In this document: piece by piece, positions 19,775-27,583 of the stretch
How the letters are laid out: each line of letters opens with the position of its first letter
How positions within the stretch are numbered: position 1 is the stretch's first letter
NCBI GenBank assembly: GCA_018433975.1
Contig: JAHDQE010000090.1
Coordinates: forward strand, 8,259-72,258
Direction: 5' to 3'
Length of the DNA: 64,000 bases
From: Ornatilinea sp.
Lineage (GTDB): Bacteria > Chloroflexota > Anaerolineae > Anaerolineales > Anaerolineaceae
Translations under genes and position numbers: made by a program
The notes under the pieces: model-generated
What the model saw: the letters and a program-made list of their open reading frames with translations, nothing else
The model's database searches: none
What the model was told of the DNA's origin: nothing

Positions 19775-20973
19775 ATTCTAATGATATCCCATAATGCTTT
19801 CTCGAAATTTATTCGAAATTTTTGATCCGAATACTCAGTTGCAGCTACTTGATTCGATTTAATTGACATTGCTCTAATCTTTTGAATGTCCATATTAGAA
19901 GCTGACAATACAATCTTTTTTAGCTCTTCAATTTCACAAGTTTCTAAATAAAAACCAAATTCATCAACCTCAATACCACATTCGCTACTTATAATGGTAA
20001 TTAAACCTTGCACCATACAATCAATCACCGAAGTTGCACATCCTTCACTACAAGAAGGAAGAATTATAAAACCACACTGATCAACAATTTCATAAAATTG
20101 TGAAGTATATTTATTCACTCGGCCAATTAAGTGAATATTCTTCATTTCAGTTAATTCTTTTCTATATACTGAAAAAAAATCTCTTCTAATATCTGTACAA
20201 ATCCATAAATGTTGGTCAAGGTCTGAAAAAGCATCAAGCAATCGATCTAACCCTTTATGAACATTTCCTCCCCCAGAAAAGAAGAGGAAATTACTCGCAC
20301 CACTATGGTAATCGAAATTATTGTGATTAAAATGACCATCTGAAAATGTTGTGGTGTTTATCATTTTAATATTTTGGAATTTCTTATAAGTAGTACGCGT
20401 AAATTCGTTCCCTATTCCAATAATTCCATCCGATAATTCTAAAGCCCCTTCTTCACTATTCTTTATCTCCCGATCTCTTGGAAGGGTAACGCCTTTCCGC
20501 CTATTCAAATCCATGAATCTCAACTCTTCTTGCTGATTATGGTATTTCCAATAACTGCCAGTTGAAAAATAAATCTTTATGGTTTTATCGCCTAAATATC
20601 CTGCAATTTTTTCAAAATTTATTCCACCGTGTCCTATGAACAAATCATATTTTTTCTCAGGGATAAATGTTTGATCGCGGTAATCAATAACATCCACCAA
20701 AAACCCTTTTTCATTCAGGATTTTTACAATCTCAATAGCATGCCAATTATTTATGTGTCGAAGAAAATCCTCTGATTTATATTTCAGTGAAAATGGGTGG
20801 GTAATATAGGATAAAAGCGCAAGCTTATTATTGCCTTTTGAAAAATTATTGTTAAAAAGATTAAGGTTATAAATACGATCATACTTGTTATTAGACAGGA
20901 TATCTTTTAGTACTTTTTTTATGTACTTAAACTTAGATTGTATTTTCATATCATGCTTACTCACACGAGCCAA
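19771..20973 (-). CDS. Divergent GT-B-fold glycosyltransferase-like protein (low-GC cassette; start TTG 20973 or ATG 20949)
   Basis: FLFFSGGGNVHKGLDRLLDAF and ILPSCSEGCATSVIDCMVQGLITI resemble the GT4 C-terminal half. The N-terminal half has no motif I recognise. Confidence 0.55.
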   Translation of the reverse strand: MARVSKHDMKIQSKFKYIKKVLKDILSNNKYDRIYNLNLFNNNFSKGNNKLALLSYITHPFSLKYKSEDFLRHINNWHAIEIVKILNEKGFLVDVIDYRDQTFIPEKKYDLFIGHGGINFEKIAGYLGDKTIKIYFSTGSYWKYHNQQEELRFMDLNRRKGVTLPRDREIKNSEEGALELSDGIIGIGNEFTRTTYKKFQNIKMINTTTFSDGHFNHNNFDYHSGASNFLFFSGGGNVHKGLDRLLDAFSDLDQHLWICTDIRRDFFSVYRKELTEMKNIHLIGRVNKYTSQFYEIVDQCGFIILPSCSEGCATSVIDCMVQGLITIISSECGIEVDEFGFYLETCEIEELKKIVLSASNMDIQKIRAMSIKSNQVAATEYSDQKFRINFEKALWDIIRI

Positions 20974-21111
20974 TAAAATTTAAGCAACAAAATATTCAAT
21001 TTTTAGCTTTTTTAAATTACTAAGAAATCAGGGATGACCTATACCTTACCTTTTTATTTAAAAGTAGTTCAAATTTGCAAAAATAATAATGCATCATTTC
21101 GCATCCTTATA

Positions 21112-21873
21112 TTATTCATTTTCTCTCTTATAAATAAATGGTGCCAGAGCGTATGTATTGTTGTTTGGAGAATCACTGATTTTAAATGGGCCCTCATATT
21201 TGCTGGCATTTATTGCATTCCATTCAATATTTGTGCTATGAGCCTGGATGATTTGATTTAATTCTTCGAATTTCCATTCCCTAAGATGCCATCGATTGCA
21301 TGGAGTGCCATCTGAGTTTGTATACTCAGGGCGCTGGTTAGGCGTACTTATGAAAACACCCCTTCGAGATACCCGTAGCATCTCATTTATGAAATGATGA
21401 TAGTCTTCAACATGTTCAAGCACATCTACACATGTCAAGATATCAAATGAATTATTTGGATAGGGAAGATTGTAACCATCGTAAACAAAAAGTTCCTTGA
21501 GTTTAGGATTATGCCCAACCACAAATTCTTGACAATACTCATAAGCACGTTGATCAATATCCACGCCACTTACGCTACCTGCCTTTATTGCAAGTGTATT
21601 TAGACCAAAACCTAGTCCGAACCCAATATCTAAAACTGTGTCATCCTCTTTTACATACTTATTTAAAGCAAGAAAATATGCTTCCATTTGAACTGGGATG
21701 ATTCGATTCAACCCCAATAGAGATGTATAATTTTTTGGATTAGATCTGTCTGCAAGTTCTGATTCTTTCTCAAAAGATACCATCCAAACCAAACGATCAT
21801 GAACTCTTTTTAAATACCTTACAATTGGGTTTTTTTTACCCTTTAAAATTATTTTTCGAATAGTCTTTTTCAT
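21112..21873 (-). CDS. Class I SAM-dependent methyltransferase (low-GC cassette)
   Basis: Motif I: VLDIGFGLGFGLNTLA. Post-I/II: SVSGVDID. Motif III: FDILTCVDVLEHVED. Confidence 0.8.
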   Translation of the reverse strand: MKKTIRKIILKGKKNPIVRYLKRVHDRLVWMVSFEKESELADRSNPKNYTSLLGLNRIIPVQMEAYFLALNKYVKEDDTVLDIGFGLGFGLNTLAIKAGSVSGVDIDQRAYEYCQEFVVGHNPKLKELFVYDGYNLPYPNNSFDILTCVDVLEHVEDYHHFINEMLRVSRRGVFISTPNQRPEYTNSDGTPCNRWHLREWKFEELNQIIQAHSTNIEWNAINASKYEGPFKISDSPNNNTYALAPFIYKRENE

Positions 21874-22123
21874 TAGCCTAAAATTGATTTTTCTTTTCGC
21901 TTTAAATTCTTCTCAGGTAATATTCATTACATTTTTGATTTTATTGCACTTTTTCATGATAAACTGTTAGAATTTTCAATTTCACTTTGAAATAGACGAA
22001 CTCTTTAACACATGTTAGTTATAACTAGTTCAAGCATGAATGGTACACCAGAATAAAACAAAAACTTTCTATTCAAATAAGAAACCTAAAATCATCCGGT
22101 CCTTTTTTCACTTTTAGCAACTC

Positions 22124-23389
22124 TTATAATTTTTTCGTTCTCCATTTAATAACTGGGGAAATAATTCCCTCTCTTCCTTGCCCGATGGTCTCTTCGACAC
22201 TACCTGTATCTATCACATTTATGGACATTAAAAATTTATAATCTCCTAAAATTTTCCGATTTGGAATACTGGCAGATACTCCAACAACATATTTGCCTGC
22301 TCTCAAAAAATCCTTCGATATAAAGACTCGTGAAACATAAATACCTTTTTCTCTTAATTTTTCAAACAAATTAATATCGCTATCAACATCCGTACTTGAA
22401 AAAATACAACTTCCTAAGCCATTATATAAGTGAAAAGCAATATTAGCATTTTTGATAGGCTTACTTATTTCATATTTAATTTCCACATCAAATCCTTCGA
22501 CAAGAGATACCTCCGATGATATTTTGTTAGTTCCCGGTCTCAATATACTTACTGAAATAAAATTAAACCCATTTTGTTTTTCAAGCAAAGTTGTCTTAAA
22601 CTCATAAACTGACTTAATATTTTGATTGTCAGTCAGATATCTCTCAACAACATTTTTAATATTAGCATCAAATAGCAATTGGCCTTTCTCAAATAACATT
22701 CCCCTAGAACATAAATTTAGTACAGCTGCTATGTTATGGCTGACAAACAACACTGCTCGTCCTTTATGTGCCACCTCCACCATCTTTCCCAAACATTTTT
22801 TCTGAAACTCCGCATCCCCCACCGCCAGCACCTCGTCCACCAGTAAGATTTCCGGTTCAAGATGTGCTGCCACTGCAAATGCCAGGCGCATATACATCCC
22901 GCTGGAATAATGCTTTACGGGAGTATCCAGAAACTTCTCAATTTCGGCAAAATCGACAATTTCATCGAATTTTCGGGCAATTTCTGCACGTGTCATACCC
23001 AGGATTGCGCCATTCAGATAGATATTCTCCCGGCCGGTCAGCTCATTATGAAATCCGGTGCCAACTTCAAGCAGACTTCCCACTCTTCCATGAATTTCAA
23101 CGCGCCCTTTGGTCGGTGAGGTAATATGGCTGAGAATCTTCAATAAGGTGCTCTTCCCGGCCCCATTCCTGCCAATTACACCGACTACTTCTCCGCGTTT
23201 TATTTCAAAAGAGACATCATTCAGCGCCCAGATTTTCTCCGGTCCGACCTTGCTTTCTCCACTCAATACCTTTAATGGTTTCCGTACAGCGCCGACAATC
23301 GTCTCGCGCAAAGTTTGGTAAGGCGCCTGCGAGCCGCCGATTCGATATTGTTTGCTCAAATGTTCAACGCGTATTGCAATATCACTCAT
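22124..23389 (-). CDS. wzt: Polysaccharide/teichoic-acid-type ABC exporter ATPase with a C-terminal extension (Wzt/TagH-like)
   Basis: Walker A GRNGAGKST, signature YSSGMYMRLAF, Walker B ILLVDEVLAVGD, H-loop FVSHN. About 170 aa of extra C-terminal domain. I trimmed the track ORF to the ATG at 23389 (MSDIAIRVEHLSKQY), 2 nt after the wzm stop. The longer ORF would overlap wzm by 130 nt. Confidence 0.85.
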   Translation of the reverse strand: MSDIAIRVEHLSKQYRIGGSQAPYQTLRETIVGAVRKPLKVLSGESKVGPEKIWALNDVSFEIKRGEVVGVIGRNGAGKSTLLKILSHITSPTKGRVEIHGRVGSLLEVGTGFHNELTGRENIYLNGAILGMTRAEIARKFDEIVDFAEIEKFLDTPVKHYSSGMYMRLAFAVAAHLEPEILLVDEVLAVGDAEFQKKCLGKMVEVAHKGRAVLFVSHNIAAVLNLCSRGMLFEKGQLLFDANIKNVVERYLTDNQNIKSVYEFKTTLLEKQNGFNFISVSILRPGTNKISSEVSLVEGFDVEIKYEISKPIKNANIAFHLYNGLGSCIFSSTDVDSDINLFEKLREKGIYVSRVFISKDFLRAGKYVVGVSASIPNRKILGDYKFLMSINVIDTGSVEETIGQGREGIISPVIKWRTKKL

Positions 23390-23391
23390 AA

Positions 23392-24234
23392 CTAAACCAC
23401 ATCCGCAAAACTTTCTTCCATTTTCTGGAAATAAATCAAACCACCAACGAGCAGTAACAACACCACCAGGACAGAAACCAGCATCAGGCTGTCCGGCCGG
23501 CTGCTGCCCAGCAAAGCCCACCGGAAGCCTTGAATCACACCCGCCATAGGATTAAGTCCATAAATTGTTCGCAAGAAACCTGCCGGCACCAGGCTCTCGG
23601 AATAAGCTACCGGCGAAGCATACAACCAGGCCTGGATCAGGAAAGGAATGGCATGCTCGACATCTCTGTACTTCACATTCAGCGCCGATAACCACAGACC
23701 AATTGAAAAAGCCGTGACCAGAGCAAAGAGAACCAACAAAGGTAAGTAGAGAATATTCCAGGTCAGTTGAATGCCGTAATACAACATCAGCACAATCAGC
23801 ACCAAAAACGAAATCCCAAAATCCAGCAATCCCGCCGCAACAGCCGAAAGCGGGATGACCAACCGTGGAAAATATACTTTTGTCAAAAGATTGCGATTGC
23901 TGACCAGACTGTTGCCCGCCCGGCTCAACGCTCCGGAAAACAATTGCCACGGCAATAGCGCAGCGAGGCTGAAAAGCGGATAAGGAATACCATCCGAGGG
24001 GAGCTTGGCAAAGCGCCCAAAAATCACACTGAAAATCACCATCGAAAGCACAGGCTGCAGAATAGCCCACGCCGCCCCTAAGGCGGCTTGCTTATATCTT
24101 ATTTTTATGTCTCGCCAGGTCAGGAAATAAAGCAGTTCCCGATATGACCAGAACTCCTTGAAATCAAAATGGATTCCAGGCCCGGTAGGCTCATAGACTT
24201 TCACTGGTGGTACTTCTAATTCAAAATCAGTCAT
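23392..24234 (-). CDS. wzm: ABC-2-type polysaccharide exporter permease (Wzm/TagG-like)
   Basis: ELLYFLTWRDIKIRYKQAALGAAWAILQPVLSMVIF plus six TMs. Start placed at ATG 24234 (MTDFELE), which has GAGGTG upstream. The track start at 24252 is a TTG inside that SD. Confidence 0.85.
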   Translation of the reverse strand: MTDFELEVPPVKVYEPTGPGIHFDFKEFWSYRELLYFLTWRDIKIRYKQAALGAAWAILQPVLSMVIFSVIFGRFAKLPSDGIPYPLFSLAALLPWQLFSGALSRAGNSLVSNRNLLTKVYFPRLVIPLSAVAAGLLDFGISFLVLIVLMLYYGIQLTWNILYLPLLVLFALVTAFSIGLWLSALNVKYRDVEHAIPFLIQAWLYASPVAYSESLVPAGFLRTIYGLNPMAGVIQGFRWALLGSSRPDSLMLVSVLVVLLLLVGGLIYFQKMEESFADVV

Positions 24235-24265
24235 TACTTTAATACACCTCAACCATTAGAAAAGA

Positions 24266-26632
24266 TCACTTCAGGCCTGTTGCGAAATATTTAACAATCA
24301 TATCCGCTATATTTTCCGCATCCGGAACCTGCCCAAGTTCAGTGTACCAGTGTTCCAATTCCAACAGCCTTTCTTTCCACTCATTTGTAAAAAGTATGCG
24401 TGTCATTTGCGGAACAGAATCCTGCCCCACCGCCCTGCTTCTGAACATAAAGTTCGCATAAGCGGAGCTTAACCCAAATCCTGGCCCCGGAACACCCTGA
24501 AATTCCAGCGTATCCACAGCGGAGCTTCCCAAATTTACTGCTGTCGCAAAATCACCTTTTTGCGCTGCAATTTCCGCGCCCAACCATTTGATCTCCACAC
24601 CATGATAGGCTAAAAAGTTGTTTGAAAGGCTCGCCTGATATACTTTTTCCGCCTCTCCCGTTTCACCAACAGCCAAATAGGCTTGAATGATTTTCTCCAC
24701 AATCTCTGGAGAATCGGGATACCTGCCATAAAGCTCTTTCAATTCCTCAAGGGGATAATCCTTCTCGGGATGGTCTACGATCCAGTTTTGAATAAAATCC
24801 TTACGAAGATCCGTTTCTTCCCAGTAAGAGGCTGTTTTCCAGGTTGGGTTCTGGCTTAACACCACCTGATAAACTTCCAAAGCCGCCTCACCCTCCCCCA
24901 AAGTTTCCAATATGCTGCCCAGGTTAAGTTGATAAACCGCACTTCCCGGCGCTAGCCGAACCGCTTCTTCAAACTGCTGCCTGGCAAGGTCATTCTGTCC
25001 ATTCTTAGAGTACAGTGCACCCAGATTTGCGTGGTTAAGGGCCCAATTCGGATCTAACCTGACAGCCTCTTCAAAGAAGTTTATCGCATCTTGTAAATCT
25101 TTCTTTTCTCCGGATTGCTCCAACAGGATACTGCTGGTCATTCCTGCCTGCTGGTGAGTAATAGCCGTGTAGGGATCTCGTTCCGCTGCCAACGCGAACT
25201 GGTCTGCCGCCTCGCTCCAGAGCCCGCGGTCAGCCGCCTCTACACCCTGTATCATGGGCGTAATGAACCAGGCATTGGCAAAAAAGCCCAAAACAACAGC
25301 AAATCCTATTGCAGCAGTAACCGAAACTTTTTTATTCGGCCTGGATTCACTCCCGGACATTGTTGCCGCACCGACAGAAGTGCCTAAAATAATTGCCAGG
25401 TTCCATGCACTGCTGGGCACCGTATGGTGCACGCTGTCAAACAATCCGTGTACCGCAAAAGCAGCCAATGCCCCTATGGAACCGACCAGAACTGCCTTGA
25501 TGGAAGGCTCCACATGTCGAAGCGGCTTAACCAAGACCCTCAAGACTGCAAAAACAAGCCATCCGGCTGCAATCAAACCTAAAATCCCACTGCTGCTCAG
25601 GATGTCCAGATAGACACTATGCGCATAATCGAAAAAATATCCGGGGGGGACAGAATTCTCCTGTAAGTATTGGCTGACGAAGGTGAATGGGCCTTTCCCA
25701 ATCAACGGAGAAGAGAGGAAGGCATGCCAGGCCGGTCCCCACAAATAAGTTCTGGATTGCAAAAGTGGAGAATGGGAAGGCTGAAAATCCTGCCGGATCA
25801 TCATCCATGCAAAAAGCAAGAGCCCTGCAAGGACGATAAAAACCAGACCTGCCACACCCCCTCGAATACTTCTGATTTTCCGCCAAATCTGCCCCCATTT
25901 TTCAGGCGCAAGGTAAACAGCTACCAGAAAAAGCATTCCAAACCCGGCTAACGTACCGATCCATCCTCCTCTGGATGAAGTCAGATAAATCAACGCCAGG
26001 GATGATAAACCATATAATCCTAACAACCCTCGCTCAAGCTTAGAATCGGACCACCAAAATCTGGCAATCGCAAGCATCAGCCACACATTCAGCACTACAC
26101 AGATGAAATTAGGGGCCGGGAGGCGATACGACGCCATAGGGAACCACTGCCCGGGATGCAAAGACAGCCAGTGAACATACCACTGCCCTACTTCGCCCCA
26201 GGATAGGACCATGAAAATCGCGCCGACGACCAGGACTGCCCGAATAATTACTTCCGGTTTCAAGCTTCTTTGAACCAGTTTTATGAAAAACAAAAAAATA
26301 AATAGTTCTACGCTGATCAACCAGGCTTCAATAAAAGACCTCCTGGGGTCAATAGAGGTAAACGATGTAACAATCAGCACCAAAAAACAGGCAAGAACGG
26401 GCAGTTCAATACTCCATATCGGCCTGGAGCGAAAAAAAAGAAAGTACATCAAAAGCGCTGTAAACACGCCTCCTGAGATCACCAATATCTGTGGATCTGT
26501 CAGGCTGTATTGTGTGCTCGCAAATATTAATAAGAAAGGGATCAATAGAAGCAAAACAGCTTCTTGAACCAACTGAGGGCTAATATTTAAAAGAGGGTTT
26601 TTTTTCATGAATAATTTCTGCACTTCCGACAT
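24266..26632 (-). CDS. O-antigen-ligase-like (Wzy_C) membrane domain fused to a C-terminal TPR domain
   Basis: N-terminal ~450 aa are polytopic, with LTSSRGGWIGTLAGFGMLFLV and IGKGPFTF...YAHSVYLDILSSSGILGL. C-terminal ~330 aa carry TPR-like repeats: AINFFEEAVRLDPNWALNHANLGALY and ARQQFEEAVRLAPGSAVYQLNLG. Confidence 0.75.
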   Translation of the reverse strand: MSEVQKLFMKKNPLLNISPQLVQEAVLLLLIPFLLIFASTQYSLTDPQILVISGGVFTALLMYFLFFRSRPIWSIELPVLACFLVLIVTSFTSIDPRRSFIEAWLISVELFIFLFFIKLVQRSLKPEVIIRAVLVVGAIFMVLSWGEVGQWYVHWLSLHPGQWFPMASYRLPAPNFICVVLNVWLMLAIARFWWSDSKLERGLLGLYGLSSLALIYLTSSRGGWIGTLAGFGMLFLVAVYLAPEKWGQIWRKIRSIRGGVAGLVFIVLAGLLLFAWMMIRQDFQPSHSPLLQSRTYLWGPAWHAFLSSPLIGKGPFTFVSQYLQENSVPPGYFFDYAHSVYLDILSSSGILGLIAAGWLVFAVLRVLVKPLRHVEPSIKAVLVGSIGALAAFAVHGLFDSVHHTVPSSAWNLAIILGTSVGAATMSGSESRPNKKVSVTAAIGFAVVLGFFANAWFITPMIQGVEAADRGLWSEAADQFALAAERDPYTAITHQQAGMTSSILLEQSGEKKDLQDAINFFEEAVRLDPNWALNHANLGALYSKNGQNDLARQQFEEAVRLAPGSAVYQLNLGSILETLGEGEAALEVYQVVLSQNPTWKTASYWEETDLRKDFIQNWIVDHPEKDYPLEELKELYGRYPDSPEIVEKIIQAYLAVGETGEAEKVYQASLSNNFLAYHGVEIKWLGAEIAAQKGDFATAVNLGSSAVDTLEFQGVPGPGFGLSSAYANFMFRSRAVGQDSVPQMTRILFTNEWKERLLELEHWYTELGQVPDAENIADMIVKYFATGLK

Positions 26633-26700
26633 GGATCACAGGTTAATTATATGTCAACTGAATCAAAATCTGGTTTACAAATCCGTCGGTACGTTATGGA

Positions 26701-26744
26701 AACTCAAAAGCAGGAAGGAGCCGGATAATCCAGCTCCTTCCTGC
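26701..26744 (-). terminator. Strong intrinsic terminator after the formyltransferase gene
   Basis: Perfect 12-bp stem, gcaggaaggagc (26710-26721) / gctccttcctgc (26733-26744), with an 11-nt loop. It is followed on the minus strand by ttttgagtt. Confidence 0.7.
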
Positions 26745-26751
26745 ACATGAT

Positions 26752-27417
26752 TTACTCTCTCTCTGGAGTATATTCAAATCGTTGGCCGGCAATTTCAACA
26801 TAAGCACCCGGAGAGTTAGGATAAGCCGATGCCCGAATCCGGCGTCGAATTTCTTCAGGCGACATATCCAACTCAATGCGTTTTAAAGCGTTCAAATCCT
26901 TACGGCGATAAGGTTTTCTTGTCCAGGTTTCATCCGTCACCAGCAAGGGCTCATCCTTAAGGATTTTTGAAAAAATATCATAAAATAAGGCCAGCATATG
27001 GGCATAACAACGTTGCGTGAGTGAATAGACCGTATCTGTAAGAAATACGGGGAACCGCGTTACCGCAATAATATTGCCTGAATCAACCTGTGGCACCATA
27101 TGGTGACAGGTAACACCGTACTCCTCCACTTCATGATAAATTGCAAAGTTCGTGCATCCCGTTCCGGGATACTGCGGCGGTCCCGGATGAAAATTGATCG
27201 CTGCTTTTTTAGCTTTTTTCAATACCGCATCCGGCAAAACCCATGGGCACAAATACGAGATAATATAATCTCCATCCCAGGAAAAATACTCTTTTGGAAA
27301 TGGCTCACCAGGAAGCCCCTGCACCAACACAACATCTGAAGAATTCAATTTAATGAAATCAAGCGCCTTTTGAAAATAAAAATCATCACGCCGCTTGCTG
27401 AAAAGCAAAATTGACAT
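26752..27417 (-). CDS. Formyltransferase-family protein (probable sugar N-formyltransferase)
   Basis: Formyl_trans_N-type motifs: INFHPGPPQYPGTG and VDSGNIIAV. Only 221 aa, so no Fmt-type tRNA-binding C-terminal domain. Located in the glycan locus. Confidence 0.7.
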   Translation of the reverse strand: MSILLFSKRRDDFYFQKALDFIKLNSSDVVLVQGLPGEPFPKEYFSWDGDYIISYLCPWVLPDAVLKKAKKAAINFHPGPPQYPGTGCTNFAIYHEVEEYGVTCHHMVPQVDSGNIIAVTRFPVFLTDTVYSLTQRCYAHMLALFYDIFSKILKDEPLLVTDETWTRKPYRRKDLNALKRIELDMSPEEIRRRIRASAYPNSPGAYVEIAGQRFEYTPERE

Positions 27418-27583
27418 CTCGCCACCTCATATTTCGATTTTCAATAACCCTATACAGCTGTTTCCTAACACCCCTTCATCGGGATTATATCACGCAGGCT
27501 TATTCTATAATATAATGATAAATTGTATCGGCATCATAGTTTCTTGTTTTCAAATCAAAAAACTCTGCAAAGGTAAAGCCATC

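Noticed and set aside
18510-22760. Low-GC block as a mobile element or prophage remnant
   Set aside because: I can find no integrase, transposase, tRNA attachment site or flanking direct/inverted repeats. All of its genes are glycan-pathway genes in the operon orientation. I interpret it as cassette exchange by homologous recombination and report it as a finding instead.
23390-23521. N-terminal 44-codon extension of the wzt ORF (track ORF 22124..23521)
   Set aside because: The extension overlaps the 3' end of wzm by 130 nt and has a Gly/Pro/Cys-rich, non-ABC composition. The canonical ABC N-terminus MSDIAIRVEHLSKQY starts at ATG 23389, 2 nt after the wzm stop.
27395-27583. 63-codon N-terminal extension of the oxidoreductase ORF (track start 27395)
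   Set aside because: It would overlap the start of the divergent formyltransferase gene and consume the whole divergent promoter region. The ADH-like domain begins right after the internal ATG at 27584.
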